DNA of 57,217 nucleotides, counting the filler, from Asterionella formosa (Eukaryota), in assembly GCA_002256025.1 (NCBI GenBank). It is 6 parts of 6 records of this genome, joined end to end, with 100 filler letters (N's around TTAATTAATTAA, not from the genome) between each part and the next. Parts side by side here need not be neighbours in the genome. Positions count along the whole stretch, not along the records: positions 1 to 9,467 come from NKIB01010613.1; positions 9,568 to 19,023 come from NKIB01010630.1; 4 more parts are not named here. One strand, 5' to 3'. Positions 1 through 11,630 of the stretch are shown piece after piece (positions within the stretch are counted from its first letter, which is position 1; each line of letters opens with the position of its first letter). Both the position numbers and the translations under genes were made by a program. The notes beneath the pieces were generated by a model. It searched no databases. It was not told the origin of the DNA and saw only the letters and a program-made list of their open reading frames with translations.

Positions 1-544
1 CAGCACTGATGTATGTTAAAGAAAAGGATTTATTTGAGCAGGAGCTCCCATTGCTTGGCTGAAATGTCAAGAGTCTTTTTATTACACATAAAATCATATG
101 TTTTCAACCTTTCTGCCTTTTATGTACACATATATGCATTTTGTGCATGAAACCCTGGTACCAGGTACCAGGTACTGTATCTAACTACAAACACAGTAAA
201 CTTTTGTTGATCCTCCGTCGATACACCTCGCCTACTGTAGTACTGGTAGTAGCATACGATTCAAAAAGGCCATACTCATTGGAGCTTATAGTAAAAGGTT
301 CTACGATACAGGTGTACTGGCATTATGTACCGGTATGTTCAATAAAGGAAACAGATGTTCGTCGGAGTTAGATAACGGTATTATGTATCCCGGTAAACCA
401 GTACTTGTCATAATATAACGTCCGTATTTGAAGTCATCAGCAATTCATAACAACGGCGGGGCACGCACCAACTCCTCCCTACATATACTCTTACTATTGC
501 TTTCCATTTGCTTAGCTCGGTGTTCATACAATTTCAGAATCACC

Positions 545-3286
545 ATGCAGCAGCAGCAAGAACAAGGCGATCAGCAGCTCCCTCCACACTCCATTGATGT
601 TGACGAAGAACTTTCCCGGATACAGCATGCGTTGGAAGCAATTCACTCGACAAATCAAACACAGACGGCAGAATGCAATGATTGGTGGACCCGTCGTCAG
701 TTAGCTGATCGTTACTTAACCTCCTTTCAGCAGACAGCAGTTGCATGGATGGTTTGCGATCGCCTTTTGCAAGACACTTCTGGTGGTGGTAGTCCCATGA
801 TTTCACAGCAACGGCGCTTCTTTGCAGCGCAGACTCTTCATACGAAATGCAGGTCAGACGTTCAGCAGATCCCCTATGACAGCCTTTCATCATTGCGTGA
901 TTCACTCGTCACTCATTTGACGAACTCGTTTAGTCAGCCTGCATTAATTACTCGACTTGCCCTTTGCGTGGCGGCATTGTCGGTTCAAATGTCGTGGACA
1001 TCCATTGTGACTGATATGCTGGAAAAACTTGGGCATCAACAGGGAGTAGTGCTCCAAATTTTCAGGGTTTTACCAGAGGAGTGTGCGTCGGATCGGCTTA
1101 TATTGGTTGACGAGAATGCTCGCTATCTTATGAGGGATCAATTAATTAGCTCTTCTGGGCGGGTTATTAGCTACTCTAGCGAGTACTTGGTGCAAAACCA
1201 ACAGCTTGTCTTTGATATTTGGCTTGCCTGGGTCCGGTATGTACCGATTCCAGCCCATGTCATCGTCGAGTCCAACATTTTAGAAACCATTGTGCCGTCA
1301 CTACAAGAAATGAACGAAGAAACGTCGGTTGATGTATTGGTAGAGATTCTAAGGATGTACCCTAGTCACGTTCCCAGCAACGAAGGACTGGTCCAGAAGC
1401 TCCTTCCACTTGTCCTCTCGCTACCGTTAGACCAAGCTCTTCGAAGCGACGATGAAGATGTTCTTCGAGGCTACTGTCGGATTGTTACTGAATTGGGTGA
1501 ATCATATCTGAGTCTTATGCTGGACCCCGCCCAACAACAGATTTCACATACAATTGTCCAAGCGATGCTAAAGTGTTCCAGTATTGATGATGCAAGTATT
1601 ATCAGCATGACTTTTCAATTTTGGTACACATTTGTTGCTAGTCTGGAAAACATTCATGATTATCGTCAGCGACAAGAATTAGTCGATTCACACACTCCTG
1701 CTTTGTTGCAGTTACTTGACATCTGCATGCGGCACCTTCAATATCCATCTGATATTGACGGCCTTGCCGACGATATCGTTGATGACTTACATCGAGAGCG
1801 ATTCAATTTGGGAGAAACGATTGAAGATTGTTGCAGGCTCCTTGGTGGCCATGTTGTCCTAGAGAGGTTCGGTCGAAATTTGCAGCAGTCAACCGACTCG
1901 TGGATCAAGATTGAAGCTTGCCTGTGCGCTCTTCAGAGCTTGACTCGTTATATAGCAAGTGATGAAGAAACATATTTGCCAAGCTGCTTTGGACTTATTT
2001 TGCAGCTGCCTACTGATATCGACGCTCTTCGATTCACCTCTAGTGTGACCATTGGGAAATATTCTGAGTGGTTGGCGGCTCACCCTGTGCTTCTTCAGCC
2101 GCTACTTCCCTACCTTGCAGCCGGACTGTCGAATTCAAAATGTTCCACTGCTTCAGCCGTGGCAATTAAAGAGTTGTGCCGGAAAATTCAAATGGGTGAC
2201 TCTGTCTTGCAGCTTTACCAACAATCAGCTGGTAAAGTGGCTCTTCGCGATGAGTTGGAGATTTTGGAAGGTGTTTGTCAAACCATTCCTGAAAATCAAG
2301 CAGAGTCCTTTCTTCCACATCTGATACATCCAATCGGAAATAGAATGGTGGTAGCGTTAGCCGGAGACGAATCAAAGCAAGTTCTAGCCGAAGTTGATCG
2401 ATTGACAGTGGTTGTCCGCTTCCTTAGATTGAGTCATCCTCAGCTTCTCGAAGTAATGAAATCGAGCTGGGCACTGCTGGAAGCTGCATCTCAGAAATTC
2501 AGTAGCGATGCCATGATGGCAGAAAAGGTTTGTCGATTACACAAACATGCATTGCGAACATGCGGACCTCGAGTATATGAACCAATGCTGGGCGATCTCA
2601 TGTCGTACCTTGTGAAGTCCTTCGAGCTCTCGCATCAGTCCCCTTATTTGTATTGTGCCAGTATTTGCATCACAGAGTATCCCAACGACGGCCGACTACT
2701 AGATATGCTTTTTGCTCTATCTCACACAGCCTTCGGGTTTCTCAAGTCTTTGGATGACTTAACGACGTATCCTGACGTAGTGGAAGAGCTTTTCTATCTT
2801 ATGGGCCGTATGATGAATTATTGTCCAGAACCTCTTGTTGCTTCGCCACTTCTGTCTCATCTATTTCAATGCGCTGCCGTTGGCATGCAGCTTGATCACA
2901 AAGACGCTAATCGGGGAACACTAAATTTCCTCGAGAGTGCTATGAATTTCGGTCGATCTGGGCAGAATCATCGAGCTGCTCTAGAACCTACAGTTGTCAA
3001 CGAAGGGCAGGCGGTAGTTGCAAACCTCATTCGTGCTCTACTAGGAGATTTGCCTGCATATTGCATCGATAGTGGAAGTGGTTCCATAGCTGGGATCTTG
3101 TTCAAACTTAACGAGTTGTTCCCTGATTTATTGAAGCGATGGATTTCAGCGGCATTACCAACAACCCTTGATCGATCTGGGCAAGAACTCTTGGGTTCAT
3201 TGGCTGTAACTGATCGAAACGACTTCAATGTCGCGATCCGGGCGTTCCACACAGCGTGTGAACGACGTCGAAAGCTTCGACGATAG
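545..3286 (+). CDS. TNPO3: Transportin-3 / Mtr10 / MOS14-like importin-beta family protein (HEAT repeats)
   Basis: Intronless 913-aa ORF from the first good ATG (caccATG, 545). Importin-beta N-terminal motif (YLTSFQQ..AW...FFAAQTL..K) and TNPO3-like C-terminal motifs IGKYSEWL..HP, PDVVEELF.L and LDHKDAN. Confidence 0.85.
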   Translation: MQQQQEQGDQQLPPHSIDVDEELSRIQHALEAIHSTNQTQTAECNDWWTRRQLADRYLTSFQQTAVAWMVCDRLLQDTSGGGSPMISQQRRFFAAQTLHTKCRSDVQQIPYDSLSSLRDSLVTHLTNSFSQPALITRLALCVAALSVQMSWTSIVTDMLEKLGHQQGVVLQIFRVLPEECASDRLILVDENARYLMRDQLISSSGRVISYSSEYLVQNQQLVFDIWLAWVRYVPIPAHVIVESNILETIVPSLQEMNEETSVDVLVEILRMYPSHVPSNEGLVQKLLPLVLSLPLDQALRSDDEDVLRGYCRIVTELGESYLSLMLDPAQQQISHTIVQAMLKCSSIDDASIISMTFQFWYTFVASLENIHDYRQRQELVDSHTPALLQLLDICMRHLQYPSDIDGLADDIVDDLHRERFNLGETIEDCCRLLGGHVVLERFGRNLQQSTDSWIKIEACLCALQSLTRYIASDEETYLPSCFGLILQLPTDIDALRFTSSVTIGKYSEWLAAHPVLLQPLLPYLAAGLSNSKCSTASAVAIKELCRKIQMGDSVLQLYQQSAGKVALRDELEILEGVCQTIPENQAESFLPHLIHPIGNRMVVALAGDESKQVLAEVDRLTVVVRFLRLSHPQLLEVMKSSWALLEAASQKFSSDAMMAEKVCRLHKHALRTCGPRVYEPMLGDLMSYLVKSFELSHQSPYLYCASICITEYPNDGRLLDMLFALSHTAFGFLKSLDDLTTYPDVVEELFYLMGRMMNYCPEPLVASPLLSHLFQCAAVGMQLDHKDANRGTLNFLESAMNFGRSGQNHRAALEPTVVNEGQAVVANLIRALLGDLPAYCIDSGSGSIAGILFKLNELFPDLLKRWISAALPTTLDRSGQELLGSLAVTDRNDFNVAIRAFHTACERRRKLRR

Positions 3287-3762
3287 AAATGATGAAATAG
3301 AATCTCGAATTGTTTACGATAGGGTGAGGGGTGAATCACTGCTTCGAACGAAAAACTCAGAGTAATATCGGACAAGCGAAAAATGTACTAGTAGTTGGGT
3401 AATATGAGCAATCATGTGAAGCCTTCATTGTGGGGGAGCCGGGGGTCGACAGTGCAGTGGTGCTCGACACTGCCTAACAGCCATCGTAGCTAACAGAAGG
3501 TTGCGCTTCATCCACCGGGTATAGAAGGACCTGCACGAATCCGATATCATATCCTATATCGTAAATAGTGGTCATCTTGTCTCATCTCGTTCATTCAAGG
3601 TGCCACATGTACTCTGGTTTAAAGGTATACAATAGTTGCCTAGCAACGAACAATTGACCATTGAGTCCACCTGTAATAATGATAACATGGGCAATTGAAG
3701 TACCAGCACACATTGCAGTGTAGTACTGTGGATTAGTGACATCATTGTGGGTCCAAATTACC

Positions 3763-3859
3763 TCACAGAACTGGTAGACCCGCTAGGTAGATTAGATCTA
3801 CCAGCAGTTCTGTGACTAGCATCTGTAGCTACTAGAATTCCTTCCATGATAGTAGCTAC
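3763..3859. repeat. Two adjacent imperfect inverted repeats at the edge of a CpG-poor, TE-like tract
   Basis: tcacagaactggtaga (3763-3778) pairs with tctaccagcagttctgtga (3797-3815). A tagctacta/tagtagcta pair follows. Confidence 0.5.
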
Positions 3860-4789
3860 TAGCTGGAATAGTTCGTCACCTGATGCAACCATCATGTGAC
3901 CAGTCATTATTACACAAAGATCAGGCTAGTTGAGCTATTCAAAAGTGGTCGAAGTGTGTTGTTTTCTGCAGTAATATACCAATGAATATGGCACTCTGAC
4001 AGTAAAAAATGCTAGAAAATGTTGCTTAAACAATTTGTTATGTGTTATAGTAGAGCGGTATTAATCTAGCTAGATGTAAATTTCAATGTAGTTTGATCTG
4101 CAACAGGGTTAGCTCGTGCATGTTGCAGATTAGATATGTTATCCTTCAGAGGCAACATTGCTTCATTGGCGTTTCCACCTTGATCTGGTACTAAATCACT
4201 TTTTTGTACATCCTAACCTGCCTCAGTGACTGTCTGTTAGGGTTAGATGCTCCTTTTGTCTGTAGGGTACTGAAAGACAAGACATTTACTCGACACTTGA
4301 TCATATTGAGTATGTTCTCAACCATTTTGTATATAGTCCACTAGTCAATGATGGAAACCATTACACAGTTTTTCATGTGCCTTTGAATTAAGGCTCCTTT
4401 ATATGAACCCCTAGCTCGAGCAAATAGAACAATATTGATTCAGAGTAATCAAACACACACATTTCTCAAGTAAAATAGAATTGTTTAATTCTAGATGGAA
4501 CTTTCACCATTGCCACCCTTTTCATATGCTTGATGCAGTGATTGTTCAAAGTATGAGTATAGATCAACTCTCCAGTATATGAGGCAGGACATAAAGATAT
4601 AAGCTCCAGTGAGAAAGTGCAGAAAGAAAGACCCTCGGTTTTTCCCTATGAAAAAATGACTAGAAAATGCAGGGTTAAGCATTTTTTGTATACTAAAGAA
4701 GCGAAGTTGCCTTCTGCACTTTCTCACCAGGAATAAATACTGATACAATTTGAAAGTTTCCTTTGCATTTTATTGGCCTTCAAACCCCA

Positions 4790-5000
4790 TCAAGCAATGT
4801 TGAGCAATCATGCAATCATCTTTGGAAAGGTCGACAAAATAAGCCTTTCCAAAGATCTCCAATATTGGAATCAGAATCACTATGTACCAAAATATCCTCA
4901 TTGGAATAGGAGTCTTGTGAATTTTTTAGTCAAAATTTCCTATTCATTTGCCTATGCACCAGTTCCAAAAGATTCAAATAATTCCAATGCAATCTAAACT
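4790..5000 (+). repeat. Interspersed repeat; homologous copy at ~54490-54680 (- strand, contig 6)
   Basis: attggaataggagtcttgtga...gcctatgcacca.ttcca matches the reverse complement of 54520-54600. Conceptual translations PHWNRSLV..AYAP...NNSN and PDWNRSLV..AYAP...NNSN agree. Confidence 0.75.
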
Positions 5001-5553
5001 AATTTAATACCTAGTGGCCTTGGGTTTTAAATGCAGGAACCTTTAATGACTCATAGTTTTTTTTATGGTTCTGTGTAGCAAAACACTGTAGTGCAGGAAA
5101 CAAATGATGCACTCACACCCCACTTTGGAATCAGGAATCGCTTTTGCACTCACAACCTACTATGGAATCAGGAATCGCTTTGAGTTTCAACTTGGACCGA
5201 TATAATTTTATCGTTATACATCGTACAGGTTCTCATTCTATATTTTATATTCTTATTACTTTTGGTCCGGTACGAGGTATCAGGTGCTAGATACCAGTAC
5301 TCTGAGCACATGTTAGCTACCGGTATGTTTAGACTTTACATAGACCAGACTACCGGTACCTGGTACTATCATTATTTATAAAACTACCGGTAACTGTATT
5401 TGATTTTTCATTAATCATTCATTCAGAATTCTTTGTGTATGAGTAATGTTTTAATGCATCTCCTGAACCATCCTCATCGTGCCTTCATACATCGAGAGTA
5501 TCCTTTCCTGGGTTCATCATTAGTTCTCGGACCACACTTTGCTTGTTGATATT

Positions 5554-6937
5554 ATGATGCATCAATCTTGCGGCTTGATTGTTACTCGGGTGGCTCTGGC
5601 ATCAAAGCGCCTCCTTTCGAATGTTCCAACAGCTACCGCTACACAAACATACTTCCCTGTGGACTTCACGACGAATGCTAAAATTGAAGGCGAAGAATCC
5701 CAAATCGCCACAATTCGACTTTCGCCCGGCGAGAGAATACGAGCCGAATCAGGCAGTATGCTATTCATGACGCAAGAAGGAGTCGAAATGGAAACGTCGT
5801 CAAGCGCCAGGGATGGTATGAAGCGGTTCTTGACTGGTCAAAACATATTTGTCACGGACTTCTACTACGAAGGGACCAAGTCTGGAATAGTTGCATTAGG
5901 AACTCGATTTCCTTCCAAGATTTTGAAGCTCACCTTGCAGGATTATCCAGATGAAAAGTTGATATGCCAAAAAGGAGCATATCTTGCGTCGAATTTAGAC
6001 GTCAACATTGAGATGGAGTTTACCAAGAATGTAAGTATGGAAATATCTTAGTTGCAAACTAGAGTTTATGTATGAACATCCACATCTGACTTCATTTTCG
6101 AACAAAAAGTTTCAAGCGGGATTCTTCGGAGGTCAAGGATTTGTACTGCAGAAGCTAGAAGGTAAGGGTGACGTGTTGTTGCAAGCTGGAGGTACCCTAG
6201 TGAGAAAATATTTGGACGAGGGAGCAACTTTGCGAATTTCATCAGGTTGTCTTGTTGCATTCACTTCCACTATAGATTATGACGTTTCCATGATGCCCGG
6301 CTTCAACAATGTCGTATTTGGTGGAGAGGGATTGTTTGTGACTACTCTGAAAGGACCTGGTACCGTTTGGTTGCAAGGTATGCCACCTGATCGCCTAATT
6401 AGTGAAATCGCGCGAAGGGTGCCCCCTGGAATGGGTCTCGGAATTCCGATTCCTATGGGCGTAGGAGGTGGGGGAGGTGATGCAAGTATTGCAGGCGAAG
6501 CGTCACCTAACGACGGAAGTATTCCTACCACCGATGCATTCTTTGAAGCAGATCGTCAAGCATCTGTAGCGACCTCCGGCCTTGACTCTGTCGATTCAGA
6601 GTCACCAAATGCGCTTTTTGGAGATGCGGCACCTTCAGTTGGAACGACATCGCCAACATTCCAGGATGATACTTTTGTCAGTTCTTCAACAGACTCTTCA
6701 ACCTTTGAAAAATCTAATAATATTGAAGATATCGTTGGAAATGATTTTGCAGACGATACTAGTTTTGCTGGGGACGATGATTTTAGTGCTGATTTCAAAG
6801 ATGATGAGACGTCGTTTTCAACCTTCGAGGGGTCAGGTGCCGGTGAGGCTTTCAGTGACGGCGACGCAGAAGAATTACAGTCAACCGCAAATAGAATTCT
6901 GAATGCTCTGTGGGACATGTTCAAGGGCGACGATTAG
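5554..6937 (+). CDS. AIM24: AIM24 / TIGR00266 (DUF124) family protein, 2 exons (5554-6030, 6110-6937), acidic C-terminal tail
   Basis: Motifs L.PGE.IRAESGSM, ICQKGAYLA, GFFGGQGFVLQKL.G.G, FGGEGLF.TTL.GPGTVWLQ.MP. Phase-0 intron 6031-6109 (GTAAGT...CTGAC...AAG) joins EFTKN|FQAGFFGG in frame. Confidence 0.9.
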
Positions 6938-7266
6938 GCATTCGAAAAATTGTTCTCGTAGTACACCGCAGAGCGAATAGATCACTGAGGGAAAAGAGGT
7001 AAACGTAAAATTTGTACGAAACAGTTTCAGCGTCGTCACGCCTGAACTCGTAGCTTAGCTTCAAGTGAATCGATACATGAAGGGTAAAAGTAATTCTAAC
7101 ACTTCCAACCGCACAACTTCAAGGCATACTATTAATAATTGGAGTGTCATCTATTACTACAACAATTCACTCGCGGGAATAGCCGAGAACGTGTCAATGA
7201 ATGTAAATTGGACCAATAGGAGGTCATGTCATTACTGACCTACCAATTAAGATTATTTCCAGTGAG

Positions 7267-8526
7267 CTATTTGCTGACATCAGGATTGGATGCTCTGGCC
7301 TCTTTCAACCAGACAGCCATTTTATCTTCATCGTACCGACCGCGCTGGAAGACTGGTGGGAACTTGCGTTCATCGTCGTTGCACTTGTTTAGAGCAACAA
7401 TGTTACGGCCCCAATTGATAGAACACAGATTATCATCCCCTGGCATAATGCTCAACTCAAACGCTCCAATGTGGCTCCGCACCATAACGTCAAGGAATTG
7501 CTTCAATTTCTCGGTGGCACTCGTGTGAGGCGTACTTCCAATACCGGCGCCAGTAATTGCGACATGATTTCCCACTTCTTCGCCGTCGCGATAATAGCTG
7601 CTATCCAGGCCTTCGATAATGTATGTCCCTCCTGGTTTTAGTGACGACCACAGTCCATAGAGTGTGGTTATCATGTGACCTGGGATATGAGAGCCATCGT
7701 CAATGATGATGTCGAAAGGGCCCTTGGGACGAATAACATTGAGGGTCTCCACTGAAGTGGGGTCGCCTTGCATAGATGCAACCCCTCTGGGTAGGTTGTC
7801 CTTTCCTTCCATGTCAGCTCCCACAGTCAATCCTTGAATAAGCGCAGGAGCATGGTAAAAGTATTTCGGCCACTTGAGCAATGTGTCAGTGTTCCGAGCA
7901 CCAATCTCCAAGACTTTCATATCTTTCTCGAGACGATAAGGCTTGAACCACTTATCATAATAGTGATCATAATGATGCCTCCACAACTTTTCCGATTTCT
8001 GCTCCTCAAGTATATCTTTGAAGGTTGGAGGCTTTGGAGTCTCCCCGGTAATGAGATTGTCAAAGACATCGGCGAAGGAAGGTACCGGCAAATTGTCTTG
8101 CAATGCTTTCGGGCTGACAAGATGTCGAGCGGCGGGTGCAAGGACTACTCTGCGAAACAAACTTGCTGATAGACGACCCATGAAAAAGGCAAAGATGCAG
8201 GGAAGGAAAACTGATGGCGTGCAAAATGCGGGTCGTTTTTTGTATAAACCTGCACAGGCCGACACGGTAGAGGTGGCTGCTTCTTTGCATGGGGCACAGG
8301 ACATCAGACTCACTGGAAGAGTAAAAGATTTGGATTCCTTGAAGGAACGGTAAAATGACATCAATGGTAAGGACGATCTCTTTCTGGGAAGGCTGGTGAA
8401 AGGCGATGACTGTGACTTCATCCAATTGCTACCACGAGGACTGGTGACGGACGTTTCAGACAATGACTTGAGCGTCAAAGGCTTTTCCGCTAATCCCACT
8501 GAAGTACGTTTCTTAGCAAACGACAT
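7267..8526 (-). CDS. Class I SAM-dependent O-methyltransferase, MycE/TylE-like, with predicted N-proximal membrane anchor
   Basis: 419-aa ORF with HHY..YY, KVLEIG, QGD, FDIIIDDGSH and LKPGGTYIIE motifs. Hydrophobic segment VFLPCIFAFFMG follows a basic/Ser-rich N-terminus. Confidence 0.75.
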   Translation of the reverse strand: MSFAKKRTSVGLAEKPLTLKSLSETSVTSPRGSNWMKSQSSPFTSLPRKRSSLPLMSFYRSFKESKSFTLPVSLMSCAPCKEAATSTVSACAGLYKKRPAFCTPSVFLPCIFAFFMGRLSASLFRRVVLAPAARHLVSPKALQDNLPVPSFADVFDNLITGETPKPPTFKDILEEQKSEKLWRHHYDHYYDKWFKPYRLEKDMKVLEIGARNTDTLLKWPKYFYHAPALIQGLTVGADMEGKDNLPRGVASMQGDPTSVETLNVIRPKGPFDIIIDDGSHIPGHMITTLYGLWSSLKPGGTYIIEGLDSSYYRDGEEVGNHVAITGAGIGSTPHTSATEKLKQFLDVMVRSHIGAFELSIMPGDDNLCSINWGRNIVALNKCNDDERKFPPVFQRGRYDEDKMAVWLKEARASNPDVSK

Positions 8527-9467
8527 GTTGTCTTGTTTGCAGTTTGATCAATAGAAAGAATGAGAAAAATAAGAAGAAGAAGAGCTGCGACGCGAACAAT
8601 CAGCAACGAATGCCGTGCTCACTGTGTAAAATTAAAAATAAGATTTATAATTATTCCTCTGAGAAAAGAGCACCATCAGCGAGAAATGATTGCCTGCATG
8701 CTCAGCGTATCCATAACCAAGAATGTACGGCAGGGACGTTGGTACTCTACCAGGTACCAGGTATCTGGTACTTCCTCAGGTACCACCAGGTACAATACCG
8801 TAAACATTGGATGTACATTTACTGTACGAGGTTGATGTAGAAATTAGGATTGTTTGCTTCTCGAGCTCGTTCCAAATTTTGGTGGGTGCCGATTCACTCC
8901 ACTGTTCGTCATGTCGATTCCGCGGACCTCGCAAGAAGCAACTCCAAGTATGTGTACGTCAGATATGTACCCCGTATACTTCATTGTCCTGGACACACCA
9001 ATGTACACTGCCGTGACTGAATTTGACTGAATTTACTTAAGGGGGATGAAGAGATTTCCCTAATACTGGACCTAAGTAAATTTCATTAATTCTACAGGAT
9101 AGCGCGCATTTTTCTAATATAATTATTTATGTGACAATTATTTCCGTGATGTGAAAAATGAGAGCGTTCTTCACCTCGCAAGAAAAACGCGACTTCATGC
9201 TGTTATCGGCGATCTCAATATTCGTTGTCATTATTAGTGTTATTACTTTACTTCTTTTACAATCATATTTTCCATGTCATTCTTAACATAGGTAGCAAGT
9301 AGCAAAGCGTCGTTCTCTATTTTCGTGGAGATAATTCGTATTTTCGTCATGGTCAAGGATGGTGCGACAACATGATGAAGGATTCTCCAGGTGCTCACAG
9401 GCACTACCTTTCTTCTCTTGTGTTTTGTATGTACAAAAGAATCGCAAAATCCTAGCTAAATAATTAT

Positions 9468-9567
9468 NNNNNNNNNNNNNNNNNNNNNNNNNNNNNNNNN
9501 NNNNNNNNNNNTTAATTAATTAANNNNNNNNNNNNNNNNNNNNNNNNNNNNNNNNNNNNNNNNNNNN
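9468..9567. other. Artificial contig spacer (N run with TTAATTAATTAA linker); also at 19024-19123, 28577-28676, 38127-38226, 47673-47772
   Basis: Five identical 100-nt spacers. Contig lengths decrease monotonically (9467, 9456, 9453, 9450, 9446, 9445), consistent with a length-sorted concatenation. Confidence 0.98.
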
Positions 9568-10645
9568 TATCGATTTGCAAGTTCCCAAGGTCAATACCCG
9601 TCGACACCAAGCACTTTTCACCCGTCAGTTTGCAATTGCTCTCCAAGTGCAATAGAGTTTCCACCGGAGAGTCTTCTTTGACTTCACCACTCCTACATAC
9701 TAGAATAATGAGCACATGTTTCGATCTTGTATCCGTCAAAAGCGCTTTGACTATATCCACACTGGCAGTGTCTGCCCAATGGATGTCGTCCAAAACGAAA
9801 ATTATAGGATGCTTCTCTGTTGCAACAGCCCTTAAAAAGGCGCGGCAGATCAATCGGAAGCGGGTTGAGCTTGGAGCACTGTAAGGTACAACATCCTGTT
9901 CCGAAAACGCGGAGCCTTTATCGTTTCCATCATTAATTATGATAGCGAGGTTTGAGATGAGCGATGTCATTCCTTTGCTGTCGTTTCCTAATGCCTCAGT
10001 GATCGCATCTTTCATTTCGTCAAGCTCGTCGGATTGCAATATCGCTTCACAAATGTCCGTGAAAGCATTCACGAGAGCAGAGAAGGGTTCATTCTTCGCC
10101 TGCAAATCGAACTTTCCGTATACGTAGTACGGTTCTTCGTCTCGTACTTGAACTGGGTTTCGAAGACTTTCGACCAACGCACTCTTCCCTGTTCCTGTAA
10201 ATCCTTTGACAAAGACGACTTCAGAATCATGCCCTGGATCGCAGATACGCTGGTATGCGTTTTCCAACAGGGCGAGTTCATGTTCTCTGCCATAAATCCT
10301 AGATTCTGCAACGGAGAGTTTCCTGTCAAAGATGTTGTCTCTGTCAAAGAAATTTCCCATTGTAAGCGAGCTGATCACAGTTCCATCAGAAGCCATACCA
10401 GGAAAAAGAAATAAATCTCTTCCGACAAAGTCATGAACATTCGAAGGGTTGAGACTCATATCGTAGTTCTCCAACGAAGACTGATTTCGTAATGGCCTCG
10501 TGACAGTGGCGTCCTCTGGAAGTATATTCCATTCATTCTCGATTTGTCTCGTCGTCATGATCACTTCGGATGACGAATTATTGCTGTATTTCAGCTCGTC
10601 CTCATCGTCAACCGCAACAAGGGGTTCTGGAGTCATGGTTTCCAT
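9568..10645 (-). CDS. STAND-type AAA_16 ATPase (kinase/histidine-kinase-associated type), 3'-truncated by contig end
   Basis: IYGREHEL, Walker A GFTGTGKS, YGKFD....PFSAL, Walker B IIFVLDDIHWAD, ILVCR. The ORF runs into the spacer. Confidence 0.85.
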
Positions 10646-10651
10646 TGTATT

Positions 10652-11630
10652 AATTGATCTTTCGTTAATTTTTTAAATTGATCTTGTGATCTTTCGTTAA
10701 TTTTTGTGATGGTGGACAAATAAATAGAAGTCGCTTTGAATTTCTGTACAGCATGGAGTACTGGTACTCGGTGTATGAACTGTCGCGTTTTGTGAGTGGT
10801 AGCTGTATACCCTTGTAAACGAGTATGCTGTTCTAGTCATACGCATTCAGTGTACAGTGCATACAGTGAACTGTACAGTGTATACAGTCCAAAATGGACA
10901 GTATAAAATACGTTCACCTCAAAAGCAAGAACAAACCGCCCAGATGGATTATCAATACCCGGTACCTCGTAGTCATACGTGACTACCGGTAGTCTTATCG
11001 GTATGCAAACGTATCATGGCAACCAAGTATGACTGGTCTACCGGTATAAATAATGCATATCAAGGGCGGTATGTAAAGTCTTCATTTGTCGTTCCTTGGA
11101 ATATTATGTATATAATCAGGCGACATTTACGAAGCCCTGCCTCCTGATGACGAAATATGATTGTTGATGACGTAATATGATTGTTGATGACGTCAGATGA
11201 GCAATCTCAAAGAATCAAAATACTACTACCTTATTGTGAGCGCCCCCGCTTCAACACAGATGTATATAGGGATAGGGTTATATCAAAAACTTGCGGGTGT
11301 GGAACAGGTACCAGGTAACAGAACTCAATAGTGAGAGAACTGCCTAGATACTTCCGGACCAGTACAGTACAGCAATTGATCTTTCGTAGATTTTTGTGAT
11401 CGCGATGGAAAATGTATGTATGAAATACAAGTCGCTTTGAATTTCGGGACAGCATGAAGTACCGGTACTCGGAGTATGAACTGTCGCGTTTTGTGTTGTT
11501 TGTAAATAATGGAGTACACGGGTAAACTGTACCCTTGTGCTAAACCAATAGTGACCATTTACAGAATATGCATACAGTGTACTCTACAGTGTATACATTG
11601 CACAGTGTGACCCAATGTTTGATACAGTAT
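10652..11630. repeat. Diverged ~250-bp direct duplication of the region upstream of the ATPase gene (10652-10905 vs 11374-11630)
   Basis: aattgatctttcgt..., aagtcgctttgaatttc..acagcatg.agtac.ggtactcgg.gtatgaactgtcgcgttttgtg and gcatacagtg are present in both copies. Confidence 0.85.

Noticed and set aside
428..544. N-terminal extension (signal-like) of the transportin ORF
   Set aside because: The ORF track starts at a TTG codon. The first ATG in good context is 545, and karyopherins have no signal peptide.
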